From NCBI GenBank assembly GCA_963669175.1, contig OY769902.1, positions 4,704,001 to 4,768,000 on the forward strand: a stretch of DNA of 64,000 nucleotides. The letters run 5' to 3'. Source of the stretch: a bacterium. Its GTDB lineage: Bacteria > Electryoneota > Electryoneia > Electryoneales > Electryoneaceae. The position numbers and the translations under genes were made by a program. The notes beneath the pieces are model-generated. The model saw only the letters and a list, made by a program, of their open reading frames with translations. It searched no databases and had not been told where the DNA came from. Positions 1 through 9,592 of the stretch are shown one piece after another. Each line of letters opens with the position of its first letter. The stretch's first letter is position 1.

Positions 1-1095
1 CTGCATGCGGACAATCAACAACGCCGCATCCTTTTCCTGGTAGTCGGGACAGTCCAGGCATTCTTCGAAATCGATCTTGATCAGCGTATGTTTTTCCTGG
101 TCGGTAAATAGGGTGACACCACAGGTGTAGTACGTGTAGACATGATCACCATCAGCATTGGATGCCTTATCCCAGGATTGATAACGCAAAAATGGCTGTA
201 CAAATGGGATTGATTGCCAACCGGTAGTGAAGGTGTAACCGGCTTCAGCATACCACGCTCCCATTTCCAGGTCTTTGGACTCGATATACGTTGTCGTATC
301 CGAGTTGTTTTCATAATACGTGTTGCTGAAAGGATTGTTGTAAAAACCGGTCAAACCGTAGAATTCACTACGGAGATGCACGTTGAAGTCTTCATAATTG
401 AAGCCAATGCCCCAACGGTTGCCGCTATCCATCACCGGCTGAAAATCCGGGCCGGGACCGTAGCTCTTGCGAATACTGGCAAAAAAACCACCAATAGCGA
501 ATCCCTGCAACGGTGTTCTGAACTGAATCCCGATATTCGCGTCATGTTCATTGTCCAGATCTTCCGTAGCGCCACCGAGATACGCAACCTGCGCGCTGAT
601 ACCCATGTTTTCATCAAACGCATGCTCAATCTCAACCACTCCGCCCATGGGATGACATGGCGCCCAGGTCTTGGAAAAACGAGGCTTCTCCGCGGTTAAT
701 ACTTCCACACACTCTTCATGGAATTCGAAACCGCGCATGATTTCGCCCTTCTTGATCCCGAATTTCAGCCAGGGGAGGGCTGCGTATAACACAGAAGCAT
801 CCATCAGGGTGAACTGTCCCCCGGATAAGCAGGTGGCGGAACCAGCACGAAACTCAAACTCCATGTATTGCCCAACACCACCTGTCAATCCAATCGTGGC
901 ATGACGCAACGAGTACTTGCTGACAGGACCATCCGCATACCCACCAAACGTGTCAAAGGAATCACCATTGAATCGCTGCCCCTGGAGCGTAACATTCGCA
1001 TCCATTTTGGCATCATGCAACTCAAATGACGCTGCATCCCCGCATACCAGGAATAGTCCCACTACAAACAAACATGCTCCCCAAAATCTCAACAT
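1..1095 (-). CDS. Outer-membrane beta-barrel/porin-like protein, 3' end runs off the window
   Basis: Absent from the ORF track (no stop in window). Manual translation from ATG at 1095 (GGAGG RBS upstream) is open to base 1: signal peptide MLRFWGACLFVVGLFLVCGDAAS, amphipathic beta strands (WYAEAGYTF, QPFLRYQSWD, LIKIDF), ending ...LLIVRMQ. Confidence 0.7.
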   Translation of the reverse strand, partial: MLRFWGACLFVVGLFLVCGDAASFELHDAKMDANVTLQGQRFNGDSFDTFGGYADGPVSKYSLRHATIGLTGGVGQYMEFEFRAGSATCLSGGQFTLMDASVLYAALPWLKFGIKKGEIMRGFEFHEECVEVLTAEKPRFSKTWAPCHPMGGVVEIEHAFDENMGISAQVAYLGGATEDLDNEHDANIGIQFRTPLQGFAIGGFFASIRKSYGPGPDFQPVMDSGNRWGIGFNYEDFNVHLRSEFYGLTGFYNNPFSNTYYENNSDTTTYIESKDLEMGAWYAEAGYTFTTGWQSIPFVQPFLRYQSWDKASNADGDHVYTYYTCGVTLFTDQEKHTLIKIDFEECLDCPDYQEKDAALLIVRMQ

Positions 1096-1472
1096 CCACA
1101 CCTCCTGAAAGTTTACGCATCGGACAGACTTATGTACCGATGTGAAAGAATTGGTACACAAGCCCGCGAAATAGAACACAAAAGGGTCAACAAATACCAC
1201 TATCGAATACGCGATATTTGTTAGTAATAGCTATCGATAATAGTAATTCCTAACATTCAATTACAAGTCCCCGCTCGAGGAGTCCATAGAACAGTATCCC
1301 TTTGTATACCTGCGAATAGATATTAAAAATGAATGTCCTCCTTCCCCTGAATGGCTTTGCGTTACTTCAATTCGGCATTCTATTCTTTGGAAGATCACAC
1401 CTGATTTTGTATACTAACAGGGCGCTTCATTCGGATAGCCATACAAGTTCAAAGGACATCGATACAACTGTC

Positions 1473-2657
1473 ATGCGGATCGTTAAGACTGACACCCTCA
1501 AACCGGGCGACATGCTCGGAAAATCTCTGTTTAACCGGAAAGGCGAGTTGCTGCTTGCTACCGGGTACGAGCTCGATGCGGAGATGATCACACGAGTTCG
1601 TGAATCTGGATTCCGGCATGTATACTTGTGGGATGAGGCGACCAGGGATATCAAACCGGAAGAAGTGATCAGCGATACAACCAGGCAGTTGACGCATGTT
1701 GTCGTGGCCGACCTGGTGCATGAACTGGAAAACGCCGCGGAAGACTTGAAGAAATATGATCCGGTTGACATTCAACGTCAACTTGAGATGGACGACCGTT
1801 TCAAACGTATGATCAAACTTGATGCTGTCCGTAAACAGGTAGTCCAGATACTCGAAGAAATCATTGAGCAACAGATCACCATGTTCACCTCTTTGCCGAT
1901 GAAATCACAGAGTGGACATGAGTATGAACATGCGCTGGACGTTGCAATTTTATCAATCCTGGTGGCGCGTGAATTTAACTATGAGTATCGTGAACTGAAA
2001 GCCATCGCCCTTGCTGCCCTGGTGCATGACCTGGGTAAACAAATATTCACAGATTTGAAGAATAAGAAGGAAAATGAGCTGAATCCTGAAGAGAAGATGA
2101 TCCTGCGTGAACACCCGGTTTATTCCATGCTTTTGTTACAGAATGTCGCCCCGGGCGCTTACCAGGAACATACTGCGGTACTACAGCATCATGAGCAGAT
2201 CAACGGGCGTGGGTATCCCCAGGGGATGCGTGGAACCACCGGCAAACCGATTCAAACGGCCAATCATGATAAAGGCATGATCCACCGTTACGCCCTGATC
2301 CTGGGGCCGGTCAATGCGTATGACAACCTTCTTTCCGGCACGATAGACGGCAAGTACCTGTCCCCGGCGGAAGCTTTGACCAAAGTCCTGGATGGCAGCA
2401 CCGGCGCGTGGAATCCCTTTGTGATAAAGGCAATGTCACGCATCATTCAGTGTTACCCGGTTGGCGCAACGGTGCGTATCTTGAACAACTATACCAAGAC
2501 CTATATCGGGTACACCGGTGTCATTGCGGAGTGCAACACAAAGGAATACCAGAAACCGGTCGTCATCCTGACCAACAACGCCAGTGGTCGCGCCATCCCG
2601 CCACGACGGCACGATTTCAGTCGAGAACTGTTCATGGACCTGGAACTGGTCTTGTAA
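1473..2657 (+). CDS. HD-GYP domain protein (probable cyclic di-nucleotide phosphodiesterase)
   Basis: LVHDLGK (HD), EHPVYS and HHEQINGRGYPQG (HHExxxGxGYP) motifs; likely start ATG 1473 within ORF 1329..2657. Confidence 0.88.
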   Translation: MRIVKTDTLKPGDMLGKSLFNRKGELLLATGYELDAEMITRVRESGFRHVYLWDEATRDIKPEEVISDTTRQLTHVVVADLVHELENAAEDLKKYDPVDIQRQLEMDDRFKRMIKLDAVRKQVVQILEEIIEQQITMFTSLPMKSQSGHEYEHALDVAILSILVAREFNYEYRELKAIALAALVHDLGKQIFTDLKNKKENELNPEEKMILREHPVYSMLLLQNVAPGAYQEHTAVLQHHEQINGRGYPQGMRGTTGKPIQTANHDKGMIHRYALILGPVNAYDNLLSGTIDGKYLSPAEALTKVLDGSTGAWNPFVIKAMSRIIQCYPVGATVRILNNYTKTYIGYTGVIAECNTKEYQKPVVILTNNASGRAIPPRRHDFSRELFMDLELVL

Positions 2658-2660
2658 AAC

Positions 2661-5072
2661 CTACTCTTCCTTCAGCACTCGTGCCGGTTCCTGCCGTGCG
2701 GTATAGAATGTCTGTCCGCTGACCGCCACCAACCCAACCACCAGCATCATTACTGCCGTCAAGGGAAGCAGGTACCAGCCGAACGATACCCGGTAAGCAA
2801 AATCACTCAGCCATCGATCCATCAGGAAGAATCCCAACGGCCACGCCAGCAGGTTGGCGTACAGAACTAGCTTCAGGATATCATATACCATCATCCACCA
2901 GACACGTGAGGTGGTCGCGCCCAAAACCTTGCGAATCCCGATCTCCATGGTCCGTTGTTCCGAGGAGAACTGCGCCAGGGCAAACAGGCCAAGCACAGCG
3001 ATGAACATGGCCAGCAGGGTGAAAGCCTTGAAGATAGTACCAATGCGAACATCATGGTGGTACAGCGTATTAAAGAAACGATCCAGGAAATAGGCGTCAA
3101 TCGGGTTATCCGGAAGCAGTGTTGCCCATTTCTCCTTGATCGCATCAATTGTACCCGTCAAATCGTCCGATTGAATACGAATGAAAAGCCAGTTTGGCGG
3201 CACCTGCTGTATCATCAACGCCAATGGTTCAATTTCGTTGTGCAATGTGTTGAAGTTATAATCCTTTACCAGTCCGATAATATCAACAGTCACATTCTGA
3301 CCGCCGGGGCTGGTATCCAGGATTTCCAACTGCTTTCCGACAGGATCTTCCCATCCCAGTCTTTTCGCGGCAGTCTCGTTGATGATGATGGCGTTGGTAG
3401 AATCGGTAACACGTGCAGGATCGAACGGTCGTCCATCCAGGAGCTCAATATCAAACACATCCAGGTATTCATGCCCGACCCACTGATCCCAGATCATGAA
3501 CTGGCTTTCCTGCGGTGTGCCGGGGATATGGTAGGACTGCGCCCCAACCACCTCGAGGGGAAGTGAAATTCCCGTGGTAGCGTTCTTTACACCGGGTACA
3601 GTATCAAATTCATATTGCAGGCTGAGCATTCGGCTGCGTAGCTGATCTCCACGTAGTTGTACCAGCAGAACGTGCTCCGCTTCGTATCCGAGATCCTTCT
3701 TGCGGATGTAATCCATCTGTGACATCACCACCAGCGCACAGATCAGCAATGTCCCGGAAATGGCGAATTGCAATACAACCAGTGTTTTCCGCAGCATGGC
3801 GCCTTTGCGTCCGCTACGAAATTGGTTACGGATGACATCCATCGGGTTCACCGCACTCAGGTACAGCGAGGGATACAGTCCGGCCAGCAATCCAACCAGT
3901 ATAGCGAAGAACAAAACCAGTACAATCAACAATGGACGATCCAGGAACATGAATGGTATCTGAGCGCGAACCAACTGGCCGAATTGCGGAAGAACGTACC
4001 AGGTGATCACTAAGGCAGGAATCATGGCCATCAATGAGAAAAAGACGGATTCGGTGAGGAAAAAATTGACCATCCTGCGTCGTGACGCTCCAAGAATACG
4101 ACACATCCCGACCAGACGGGATTTCATTACACTGCGAGCTGTTGTCAGGTTGATAAAGTTCAAACAGGCGATGAGCAGAATGAACAGGCCGATTACAAGA
4201 AACTGGATGACCTGGGGACGTGAACCTGACCAGTAGCCATAATGGTCAAACGAACCGGAATCGAGGTATAGATCGCGCAACGGCATCAGCGAGAACTCAA
4301 TATTCCAGCCATTCTGATCCGCTACCTCACCGATATGCTGGTTGATGAGGTCGTTGATCTGCTTCTCTACTTCCGCCTTGTCGTACCCTTTCTGCATCTG
4401 CAAATAAGTGGACCAGCCGATCGATTCAGTCCAGTCAGTCTCATTGATTCCCTGGCTGGACCAGGAACAAAGCATATTAAACGGTGGAAAATGAGTTGGC
4501 TGAATGACATCTTCTACGATCCCGGTTACGGTATAAATCGTTTCCGGGTCGTTATTCATCATGAATTTCTGGCCGAGTGGGTCTTGATCCCCAAAGATCT
4601 TTTTCGCGCTGGATTCACATAGAACGGCGCTGAACGGACGTCGCAATGCATCTTTCGGATCACCTACAACCAGTTTGAAATCGAACACATCAAAAAAGGT
4701 AGAATCGGTGAACAGGACATATTTTTCCTTGTATGTCTGATCATCAACGGTAACCAGGCGGCTGATATTCCAGGGATTTACACGGACATAGTTCTCGACA
4801 GCAGCCAATTCGCGCACCATCGCCGGTCCCATCGCTGCGGAACTGAGCGGGGCAGTCATTTCCTGCCCTTCCCCAAGGGAACCCTTCAAAACAATGATAG
4901 CGGTATCATCGGCGTGTTTATGAAAAGCGTCTTTCATGCCTTCCGTATACACGTACAATCCGATCACAATAACGGAGCTAAAGCCAATGGTCAGGCCGAT
5001 GTAGTTGAGAATCGAGGAAAGCTTGTTCTTGCGCAGATTTCGCCAGAGCAGTTTCCACGTGTCGGGGCCCAT
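2661..5072 (-). CDS. ABC transporter permease, FtsX/MacB-like with duplicated periplasmic and TM modules
   Basis: LLIACLNFINLTTARS, ILGASRR and EIGIRKVLGA motifs; start ATG 5072 with GAGG RBS. Confidence 0.9.
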   Translation of the reverse strand: MGPDTWKLLWRNLRKNKLSSILNYIGLTIGFSSVIVIGLYVYTEGMKDAFHKHADDTAIIVLKGSLGEGQEMTAPLSSAAMGPAMVRELAAVENYVRVNPWNISRLVTVDDQTYKEKYVLFTDSTFFDVFDFKLVVGDPKDALRRPFSAVLCESSAKKIFGDQDPLGQKFMMNNDPETIYTVTGIVEDVIQPTHFPPFNMLCSWSSQGINETDWTESIGWSTYLQMQKGYDKAEVEKQINDLINQHIGEVADQNGWNIEFSLMPLRDLYLDSGSFDHYGYWSGSRPQVIQFLVIGLFILLIACLNFINLTTARSVMKSRLVGMCRILGASRRRMVNFFLTESVFFSLMAMIPALVITWYVLPQFGQLVRAQIPFMFLDRPLLIVLVLFFAILVGLLAGLYPSLYLSAVNPMDVIRNQFRSGRKGAMLRKTLVVLQFAISGTLLICALVVMSQMDYIRKKDLGYEAEHVLLVQLRGDQLRSRMLSLQYEFDTVPGVKNATTGISLPLEVVGAQSYHIPGTPQESQFMIWDQWVGHEYLDVFDIELLDGRPFDPARVTDSTNAIIINETAAKRLGWEDPVGKQLEILDTSPGGQNVTVDIIGLVKDYNFNTLHNEIEPLALMIQQVPPNWLFIRIQSDDLTGTIDAIKEKWATLLPDNPIDAYFLDRFFNTLYHHDVRIGTIFKAFTLLAMFIAVLGLFALAQFSSEQRTMEIGIRKVLGATTSRVWWMMVYDILKLVLYANLLAWPLGFFLMDRWLSDFAYRVSFGWYLLPLTAVMMLVVGLVAVSGQTFYTARQEPARVLKEE

Positions 5073-5418
5073 GATCACCTCTACGTTGCTGCTTGCCGGC
5101 TCACAAAGAAGATACACTTTCAGGAAGTTGAATCCTAGAGGATCAGCGGACTGCGGACTGCCCCTGTTTGCTTGTCAAACAGGGGACGGTTGGCCCGACC
5201 CGCACGTGATGTTGTTTCCTGTATTGTTTTGCTGGCGTACTCTTGAGAATTTGTCAATTCTGTTGCTGCATTTTTGAGCGCGTCGGGATATCACTTGTGC
5301 TGGAAGAATATCAAAAGGTGACACTCCAAATTCCAATTAGAGTAAACCCCGCCGGACAAGCCGGACGGGGCCAAAACTCAACTTCTTTTCTTTATATCAG
5401 GTTTATATCTCTACCACT

Positions 5419-6285
5419 TCAAATCTCTACTTTCCCTTCAAACACACGCACGGCATCACCTTCCAGTACCGCGGATTTCCAGTCCTGTCCGATGGTTACC
5501 CCAAGCAGCCCACCCGGCATGCGAATCATGATTTGTTCATCAAAGTCATAGCGTCCGGTTTTAACTCCCGCCGCCGCCGCTGCAATCGCTCCACTCCCAC
5601 AGGCCAGTGTCGGGCCGACACCACGTTCCCACACGACCAGCGACATCAGGTTATCCCCTTCCTTACGGGCAAATCCGACATTCACGCCATTGGGGAACAG
5701 GTCTTTATATATCGCCATCCGTGCGCCGATCTCATGCACCAGGTAGCCTTCCCACATCTCCGCGTTGTACAGCACGAAGTGGGGATTGCCAACACCTACA
5801 GCCGTGCCCATTAACGGATTCGGCCAACCGGGAATCTCCACCTCCGCATCAACCGCCTCCGTAGGGTAGTCAATCCCGGCATCACGCGGGTGAAAACTTG
5901 GAATGGGCATCCAGACACGAATCAGGTTGTCTTCTGTAAACGCCGCCTGAACCGGACCGGCCCCGGTCATGATGTTGATACGTTCCATTTCACGTACCGG
6001 CTCACCCAGATCATCAAGGAATCGAACCAGGCAACGCAGGCCATTCCCGCACATCTCCGCCGGGGTGCCGTCCGCGTTGAAATACCCCATGGTATAGGGC
6101 ATCTCCGGATTATCCGATTTGATCGCCAGGATCAGGCCGTCCGCGCCGATGCCATGATGACGGATGCAGAGCTGTTCGATCTTTTCCGGGGTCAGCGCGT
6201 TCCACAACCTGCGGTCATCGGCACGATTGTCCAGCATGATAAAATCGTTACCGGCGCCGTGATATTTATAAAAAGACAAATCCAT
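5419..6285 (-). CDS. dapF: Diaminopimelate epimerase
   Basis: KYHGAGNDF, GIGADG, NADG..EMCGNG, GNPH, ERGVGPTLACGSG motifs. Confidence 0.96.
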   Translation of the reverse strand: MDLSFYKYHGAGNDFIMLDNRADDRRLWNALTPEKIEQLCIRHHGIGADGLILAIKSDNPEMPYTMGYFNADGTPAEMCGNGLRCLVRFLDDLGEPVREMERINIMTGAGPVQAAFTEDNLIRVWMPIPSFHPRDAGIDYPTEAVDAEVEIPGWPNPLMGTAVGVGNPHFVLYNAEMWEGYLVHEIGARMAIYKDLFPNGVNVGFARKEGDNLMSLVVWERGVGPTLACGSGAIAAAAAGVKTGRYDFDEQIMIRMPGGLLGVTIGQDWKSAVLEGDAVRVFEGKVEI

Positions 6286-6572
6286 GTTCGTTGGTTTCCT
6301 TTGTAAAAATGGAAAAGTATTCTTCCTGTTGCGGCTTGCTATTTTCGGACGCCTGGCCCGACTGCTTGCTGTCGGGTTGCTGCCAATTCATGTATGAAAC
6401 CTGTTCATTCAGAACCCCGACAGCAAGCAGTCGGGCCAAACCTTCTCTTTGGTATTCAAGCTTCTGCAAACGGTTTTATCAACCTCGAAATTGCCTGTTG
6501 CAGATTCCGTCAGGTCTTGCGACTGCGCAGTTTGAAGCAGTTTGAAGACGTGTGACCTGACGGGCGAACTCG

Positions 6573-7343
6573 CTACCCTCTGAACTGCCAGTTATCCCCC
6601 ATCCAGCCCCCGGTAATTTCCAGCACAGTCCCGGTCACATGGCAGGCTTTCTCTGACAGAAGGTACAAAACTCCATCACCGATATCTTCGTATGATCCCG
6701 GGTGCCCCATGGGAAAAGATGGCCCTGCTTCTACTTTGCAGGCTTCTTCACGTGGAATTCCCTTTTTCGTGATATGTCCCGGCGCTACGACATTCACAGT
6801 CACCTGGAAAGGCGCTTCTTCCAGTGCGAGGGTACGCGCCAATGCAACCAGCCCCGCCTTTGCCGCCAGATGGGGGCCATGAAGACGCATGGGGTGGTTG
6901 TCACGCGCTCCAGCCATGCCGAACCCGATAATACGTCCGCTCCTGCGTTCCCGCATATCGGGCAACACTGCTCTTGCGGCTTCGAAAAATGTGGTCAGGT
7001 TCCCACGTAACATCCGGTCAAACTCTTCGGAAGTATGTGCGGTGATCCGTTTTACCACAATCGGTCCGGCAGCATGCACCAGGCCGTAAACCGGACCAAG
7101 TGTGTTACGAATTTCCCTGACACATTTCTCCGCGCTTCCCGGCTCAGCCAGTTCTCCGGCCGTAACGGTAACCTTCCCCCCATTCTCCTGAAGATGCTCC
7201 GCGACCTCTTCGGCACGGTCCCGGTTCGTATGAGCGTGCAAGGCAACTGAGTATCCGGCGTCAACCAGCATGGCCGCGATGCCCGGGCCAAGACCTCCCG
7301 ACGCCCCTGTCAGCCATACCACTCTTTGATTCGGTTGGACCAT
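6573..7343 (-). CDS. SDR-family oxidoreductase (FabG-like)
   Basis: TGASGGLG Rossmann motif, HLAAK in place of YxxxK, VNVVAPG, TG..LEITGG. Confidence 0.88.
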   Translation of the reverse strand: MVQPNQRVVWLTGASGGLGPGIAAMLVDAGYSVALHAHTNRDRAEEVAEHLQENGGKVTVTAGELAEPGSAEKCVREIRNTLGPVYGLVHAAGPIVVKRITAHTSEEFDRMLRGNLTTFFEAARAVLPDMRERRSGRIIGFGMAGARDNHPMRLHGPHLAAKAGLVALARTLALEEAPFQVTVNVVAPGHITKKGIPREEACKVEAGPSFPMGHPGSYEDIGDGVLYLLSEKACHVTGTVLEITGGWMGDNWQFRG

Positions 7344-7496
7344 AGGGAATCCTCCTCAACTTTTCCGCTCACAAGATAAGAACCCCGGAGCGGTTCTACT
7401 CCCTCCACTTGATCTCAAATGCGATGGAGAGCATATTTCCCTCCATCGAAGCTCGCCAACACAAGTCCTGAATTCTACATAGATTGCGAGAGACTT

Positions 7497-9512
7497 ATGC
7501 CTGCCAAAGCAAAGTTTCAGTTTTCCGATGTTGACTATAAGGCCGTCAACACGATTCGTGTCCTTGCAGCCGAAATGGTGCAAAAAGCCAACAGCGGTCA
7601 CCCTGGCATGCCCATGGGATTCGCCATGGTCGGTCATGTCCTGTGGACCCGCTTCCTGCAGTTTAACCCGGACCAACCGTTCTGGGCCGGACGTGACCGG
7701 TTCATCCTGTCCGGCGGTCACGGTTCAGCGTTCCTGTACTCGATGTTGCACCTGTCCGGGTACAACCTGAGCATGGACGACCTGAAAAACTTCCGTCAGT
7801 GGGAAAGCCGTACCCCTGGTCACCCTGAATTTGGCATGACTCCCGGCGTGGAAACAACCACCGGCCCCCTGGGGCAGGGGTTTTCCAACGCCATAGGCAT
7901 GGCTATGGCCCAACGGTATATCAAGGGTCGGTTTGCACTGCGGGGAACATCGGATTTCGACCCGCTGAATCATCACATTTTTGTTGAATTGGGTGATGGT
8001 GATCTTCAGGAAGGTGTCGCCAGCGAGACGGCGTCCATCGCGGGACATCTGAAGCTGGATAACCTGGTCGCCCTGTATGATGACAACCGGATCAGCATTG
8101 ATGGCGGCACGGACGTTTCCTGGTCGGAAGACGTAGCCAGGCGTTTAGAAGCGTATGGCTGGCGTACTATCAAAGCCGACGGCACAGACCCGGAAGCGAT
8201 TTTTGACGCTATCCAGAACGCGCTCGATTCCGATGGTCGTCCAACCATGATCCTTTTCCGCACCCATATCGGTTTCGGTAGTCCCAATAAGCAGGATTCC
8301 GAGAAATCCCACGGCGCGCCGTTGGGTGAAGAAGAAATTGAGCTGACCAAAAAGCAGCTCGGTTGGGACTATCCCCCCTTCACCGTTCCGGAAGAAGTGT
8401 ATGAGTTGTATACGGAAGTAGCGGATCGTGGACGTGAAGCCAACCGTGATTGGGAAGAAAAATTCGCTCAATGGCTGACGGATACCGGTAATCAGACCAT
8501 GTGGGCGCAGTTGATAGAAGGTGATATGCCGGAAGGTTGGGCGGATGGAATGCCCGAGTTTGAAGCGGGCACTCCGGTCGCCACTCGTGGCGCTTCCGGT
8601 AAAGCGCTCAACTTCTTCGCCAATAAACTTCACGCCATCTTCGGCGGTTGTGCGGACCTGGCGGGCTCGGTAAAGACGTATATCAACGGTGAACCGGATT
8701 TCCTGCCCGGGAATCCGTCCGGGAGAAACATTTATTACGGCATCCGTGAGCATGGCATGGGATCTATTGCCAACGGTATCGCGCTTTACGGAACCCTGCG
8801 TCCCTACACCGGCACATTCCTGATATTCAGCGATTACATGCGGCCCCCGATCCGTCTGGCGGCCATGATGGGATTGCCCGTGATCTACGCATTCAGTCAT
8901 GACAGCATCGGAGTAGGCGAAGATGGTCCAACCCACCAGCCGATTGAACAGTACGCCACCCTGCGTGCGGTTCCGAACCTGTGGGTATTCCGTCCCGGTG
9001 ACGCCAACGAGATGGTGCAGGCCTGGAAAATCGCGCTGGAACGTCTTGACGGTCCCTGCGCAATCCTGAGCACTCGCCAAGGCTTGCCCGTGTATAATCG
9101 CACTGTCTTCACGCCGGCCAGCGAAGTTGCCAAAGGCGGGTATATCCTGGCAGATGCGGAAGATGGTGATCCCGAACTGATCCTGATCGCGACCGGCAGC
9201 GAAGTTGGCCTTGCGATGGCAACACGTGAGAAACTGGTCGAAGAAGGCAGGAAAGTCCGTGTCGTCAGTCTCCCCTGCTGGGAGCTGTTTGATGAGCAGG
9301 ATGAAGAGTATCGTCAGAAAGTCCTTCCCCCCACAGTGACCAAGCGGGTTGTTATAGAATGCGGCATCTCGATGGGATGGGAAAACTACGCTGGCGATAA
9401 AGGCTTGATCCTGTCCAAGGAAACCTTCGGGGCATCGGCGCCGGGCAAGGTATTGTTCGAGAAATTCGGCTTCTCTGTGGAAGCTGTTCTGGAAGCGATT
9501 AAGATGATGTAA
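7497..9512 (+). CDS. tkt: Transketolase
   Basis: SGHPG, RDRFILSGGH, TTGPLGQG, GDGDLQEG, GIREHGM, HDSIGVGEDGPTHQP. Confidence 0.97.
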   Translation: MPAKAKFQFSDVDYKAVNTIRVLAAEMVQKANSGHPGMPMGFAMVGHVLWTRFLQFNPDQPFWAGRDRFILSGGHGSAFLYSMLHLSGYNLSMDDLKNFRQWESRTPGHPEFGMTPGVETTTGPLGQGFSNAIGMAMAQRYIKGRFALRGTSDFDPLNHHIFVELGDGDLQEGVASETASIAGHLKLDNLVALYDDNRISIDGGTDVSWSEDVARRLEAYGWRTIKADGTDPEAIFDAIQNALDSDGRPTMILFRTHIGFGSPNKQDSEKSHGAPLGEEEIELTKKQLGWDYPPFTVPEEVYELYTEVADRGREANRDWEEKFAQWLTDTGNQTMWAQLIEGDMPEGWADGMPEFEAGTPVATRGASGKALNFFANKLHAIFGGCADLAGSVKTYINGEPDFLPGNPSGRNIYYGIREHGMGSIANGIALYGTLRPYTGTFLIFSDYMRPPIRLAAMMGLPVIYAFSHDSIGVGEDGPTHQPIEQYATLRAVPNLWVFRPGDANEMVQAWKIALERLDGPCAILSTRQGLPVYNRTVFTPASEVAKGGYILADAEDGDPELILIATGSEVGLAMATREKLVEEGRKVRVVSLPCWELFDEQDEEYRQKVLPPTVTKRVVIECGISMGWENYAGDKGLILSKETFGASAPGKVLFEKFGFSVEAVLEAIKMM

Positions 9513-9592
9513 CGAGTTGTTCCGTTGTACTTGAGCATGGCACTTACGCCCTTTCTGTCGTAGTTTAGTGAAAACGGACAGAAAGGGTTTTT

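Noticed and set aside
81-699. Track ORFs 81-314, 214-699 and 432-635
   Set aside because: Shadow frames of the real 1-1095 minus-strand gene.
1560-1580. ELD tripeptides in cytoplasmic proteins (HD-GYP YELDA, CheA GELDL)
   Set aside because: They lack the D/N at P4 and the junction context, so they were treated as chance and not counted.
6266-6469. 67-aa ORF upstream of dapF
   Set aside because: No recognisable motif or clear RBS, and it overlaps the dapF start; cannot be supported.
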